In this document: positions 61,715 to 64,000 of the stretch, piece by piece
How positions within the stretch are numbered: the stretch's first letter is position 1
Layout of the letters: each line of letters opens with the position of its first letter
Origin: an uncultured candidate division Zixibacteria bacterium
Lineage (GTDB): Bacteria > Zixibacteria > MSB-5A5 > GN15 > FEB-12
Length of the DNA: 64,000 nt
Assembly (NCBI GenBank): GCA_963735035.1
Contig: CAVTJJ010000003.1
Coordinates: forward strand, 288,001 to 352,000
Direction: 5' to 3'
Notes under the pieces: generated by a model
What the model was told of the DNA's origin: nothing
The model's database searches: none
The model's input: only the letters and a program-made list of their open reading frames with translations
Program-made: the position numbers and the translations under genes

Positions 61715-62221
61715 TTACGATGCGGCAGCAAGCTTTCTCAGCCGGCCCTTCAGCAAGGTTCGGGACAGCGGTGACAGATGATCGATGAACAGCTTTCCCT
61801 GGGTATGGTCGTACTCATGCAGAATGGCGCGCGCCATGACCCCGTCGGCCGTCATTTCGAACCGATTTCCATTGAGGTCGGTCGCGCGGACTTTGACCCG
61901 CTCCGGGCGGGAAATTCTGAGGTACAGTTCCGGAAACGAGAGGCAACCCTCCTCCATTTCGATTTCCCCGTCGGTCTCGATAATTTCCGGATTGATAAAC
62001 ACCCTGAGGGACTCATCGATGTCGGTCGCTGAGAGATCAAGAATAAACAGCCGCAAGGGCGCGCCTACCTGGCTGGCAGCCAGGCCCAGGCCTTTGGCCC
62101 TTTTGAGTGTGTCTACCATTTGAGACACCAAGTCTTTTACTGCCTGGTTGATTTCCTCAACCGGGTGGGCTACTTCCCGCAATACCGGGTCGCCATATAT
62201 GACGATCGGCCGCTCAGCCAC
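61715..62221 (-). CDS. def: Peptide deformylase
   Basis: GLGLAASQVG, EGCLS, HEYDH. Confidence 0.96.
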   Translation of the reverse strand: MAERPIVIYGDPVLREVAHPVEEINQAVKDLVSQMVDTLKRAKGLGLAASQVGAPLRLFILDLSATDIDESLRVFINPEIIETDGEIEMEEGCLSFPELYLRISRPERVKVRATDLNGNRFEMTADGVMARAILHEYDHTQGKLFIDHLSPLSRTLLKGRLRKLAAAS

Positions 62222-62244
62222 GGTTACTCCCTAAAGCTTTTCAG

Positions 62245-62559
62245 CTACTTCTCCACTTTGCCGGCGATGGAGGTTTTCAAAAACTCCAGTTTGGTTTCCT
62301 CGCTTATGCGAAGGATAATCCGTCCCTTTTCGTCGTCGATGGCGAAAATGGTTCCGAACATGCCGCCGGTCGTTACAACTCTATCACCTTTTTTCAGCTC
62401 GCTCACGAGCTTCTCGTGCTCTTTCTGCCGTTTCCGCTGAGGGCGGATCAGCAGGAAATACATCATCACGAACAGCAGGCCAAGCCACACAACCATCGCG
62501 ACGGTACTGCCTTGTCCACCGCCGGGGCCGGCCATCAAGAGAATCCAATGGTTTTCCAA
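62245..62559 (-). CDS. yajC: Preprotein translocase subunit YajC
   Basis: YFLLIRPQRKRQK, LKKGDRVVTTGGMFG. Confidence 0.94.
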   Translation of the reverse strand: MENHWILLMAGPGGGQGSTVAMVVWLGLLFVMMYFLLIRPQRKRQKEHEKLVSELKKGDRVVTTGGMFGTIFAIDDEKGRIILRISEETKLEFLKTSIAGKVEK

Positions 62560-62759
62560 ACCAACTCCTGTTACTAAATCTTATCGGCTAACAGTTCAAT
62601 AAATGAACAGTTCTTCCTAAGTCAGCACCGTACAATACGATACCCTGATTGACGGGGCAAGTAAAACCTTTGCTATATAAACAAGGGAAAAACCGCCTGG
62701 TTCCGGGGTTGGAGCAGCCGTCATTCCCCCTCTCCGTTACCGTTATTACCACTCTAATC

Positions 62760-62796
62760 GTGCCCGGTCCGCCGCGGCGGACCCACATCTGCCGGA
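62760..62796. repeat. Family A REP with inner CCGCCGCGGCGG palindrome
   Basis: gtgcccggtccgccgcggcggacccacatctgccgga. Confidence 0.75.
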
Positions 62797-62813
62797 TCGT
62801 GGCCTACCGGTTG

Positions 62814-63566
62814 TCAGGACCTGACAAAAGCACCGTCTCTGAGTACCGGCGCAACGTCGATTGTGTCCAATCCCGACGCGAACCTGACATCCTCCCCGAA
62901 CCCGGCTTCCCGCAACTCCCGTCCGCTGACACAATCCCACAAGAGCGCTGCAATATCTTGTGCTGAGCCAACAAAGGCTGCTTCTGCCAACCGGGCTTCC
63001 GGCGATTTGCTGACATTCAACCCGGCGATAATCGCCCCCGCACCCAGCCAGTCTTCGACCGCCGGTCTCAGATCGCCCACTGGTTCCGGTTGTTTCTCGC
63101 GCTCGCCGCACGCGATAACAGTCACCGATTCGCTCCCTTGGGAGAGAAGTCCGGCAACCGCCGACGCTACCGCCGTTGCGTTCACCAAGGCGCCAGCAAA
63201 CACGTGGTTGGTTGCCCTGCGGCTGCTGCATGTCGACCCGTTCAGAGATGGCAGGACTATCTTTTCACCCTCTACTACTTCAGCGAAAGTTGACGGCGAA
63301 AGCGAATACCGACCGAGAGCGGGCACATCGGGCCGCTTGACCGCCGCTTCTCCCCCAATCTTGCGTGCAAGTTCTCGAGCATCCTCGGAGGGTGAGCAGG
63401 GAATTATCAGAGCACCGCGCGAGACAGCGTATGCGGTCGTGGTCAAGAAGCTAAGGACGTCGACGATTACGATGATATCGCCCCGATGTATCGCGCGCTC
63501 GGTTCCGATGACACCCCAATCCAAGCGGCATCTGTATGGTGATTGGGAGAAGATGTCGTCTGACAT
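62814..63566 (-). CDS. Second 2-phosphosulfolactate phosphatase-family protein (divergent ComB-like)
   Basis: VIVDVLSF, SLSP, SLNGS, RPAVEDWLGAGAII, SGREL. Confidence 0.85.
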   Translation of the reverse strand: MSDDIFSQSPYRCRLDWGVIGTERAIHRGDIIVIVDVLSFLTTTAYAVSRGALIIPCSPSEDARELARKIGGEAAVKRPDVPALGRYSLSPSTFAEVVEGEKIVLPSLNGSTCSSRRATNHVFAGALVNATAVASAVAGLLSQGSESVTVIACGEREKQPEPVGDLRPAVEDWLGAGAIIAGLNVSKSPEARLAEAAFVGSAQDIAALLWDCVSGRELREAGFGEDVRFASGLDTIDVAPVLRDGAFVRS

Positions 63567-63656
63567 TTTACCTGCCTTTGGGTACGTTAGACGGACATTA
63601 TACCATAGCGTGAGTGTCTACGCTACATCGACGGTGTCGAAACCGCTATTATACTC

Positions 63657-63860
63657 GTGCCCGGCCCGCCGCGGCGGGTCCTCGTCTGCCGGAAAGGGGC
63701 GCACGGGGACGTGTGCCGCCCACGTCATATAGGTAGAAGATCGTAGGTCAGGCGGACTTGACGCCTGACATAGTAAGGATGTCAGGCCCCGAGTAGGCCT
63801 GACCTACAAAGCTCGCCATCCCGATATATCCGTTGTCGGGACCACAAGGGTCCCGACCTA
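63657..63860. repeat. REP cluster (family A with inner palindrome, GTGG-type, three GTAG-type)
   Basis: gtgcccggcccgccgcggcgggtcctcgtctgccgga; gtaggtcaggcggacttgacgcctgaca; tgtcaggccccgagtaggcctgacctac; tgtcgggaccacaagggtcccgacctac. Confidence 0.82.
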
Positions 63861-64000
63861 CAGGACTTGCGCGCACCTTTGTGTTTGCAGATATTGGTCA
63901 GAACTTAGCCATTTATCAGACCTATGACATCCAATACCGCTTCGTCCACACCCACCCGCCGCAAACGACCGCTCCACGTCAAAATTCTCTATGGACTGGC

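Noticed and set aside
31998..63566. Two ComB homologs as evidence of coenzyme M biosynthesis
   Set aside because: No comA/comC/comDE genes are in the window, and ComB-like phosphatases are common without the pathway.
4991..63860. Recurrent 25-30-bp palindromes as a CRISPR array
   Set aside because: The copies are dispersed, in both orientations, without regular unique spacers, and there are no cas genes; they fit REP-like elements.
63900..64000. Possible 3' end of a minus-strand gene at the window edge
   Set aside because: The stretch is too short and the frame ambiguous; it cannot be supported.

Overview
Chromosomal window from a GC-rich bacterium. A diderm of the FCB-related group, possibly candidate phylum Zixibacteria, is my inference from gene style and order; it is not proven. 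Most of the window is housekeeping, on the minus strand: a cell-envelope glycosylation cluster (GT2, flippase-like, YfhO/GT-C, Dpm1-like, GT2), pyrR-pyrB-pyrC with a PyrR-binding leader, accC-gcvH-gcvPA-...-gcvPB, nth, prmC, prfA, rpmE, gcvT, acnA, fbaA and yajC-def-fmt-rne/rng. On the plus strand are ispE-spoVG-tRNA-Gln-prs-rplY and two paralogous Cache-domain chemoreceptors. Five signals are not explained by the ORF track. (1) An exported thioredoxin-fold/TPR selenoprotein (W-U-T-W-C, in-frame TGA plus a SECIS-like hairpin) lies between gcvPA and gcvPB. (2) Several families of REP-like palindromes occur, often nested, and three single accessory genes are each bracketed by their own matched direct repeats, like cassettes. 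(3) A collinear, covarying ~140-nt structured leader follows a sigma28-like -10 upstream of both MCP genes. (4) A redoxin gene, an 8-Cys secreted peptide gene and a large secreted protein gene form a unit next to an IS30 element. (5) That IS30 transposase takes its stop codon from a flanking REP-like palindrome. Four genes have homopolymer-type frameshifts that look like long-read assembly errors.
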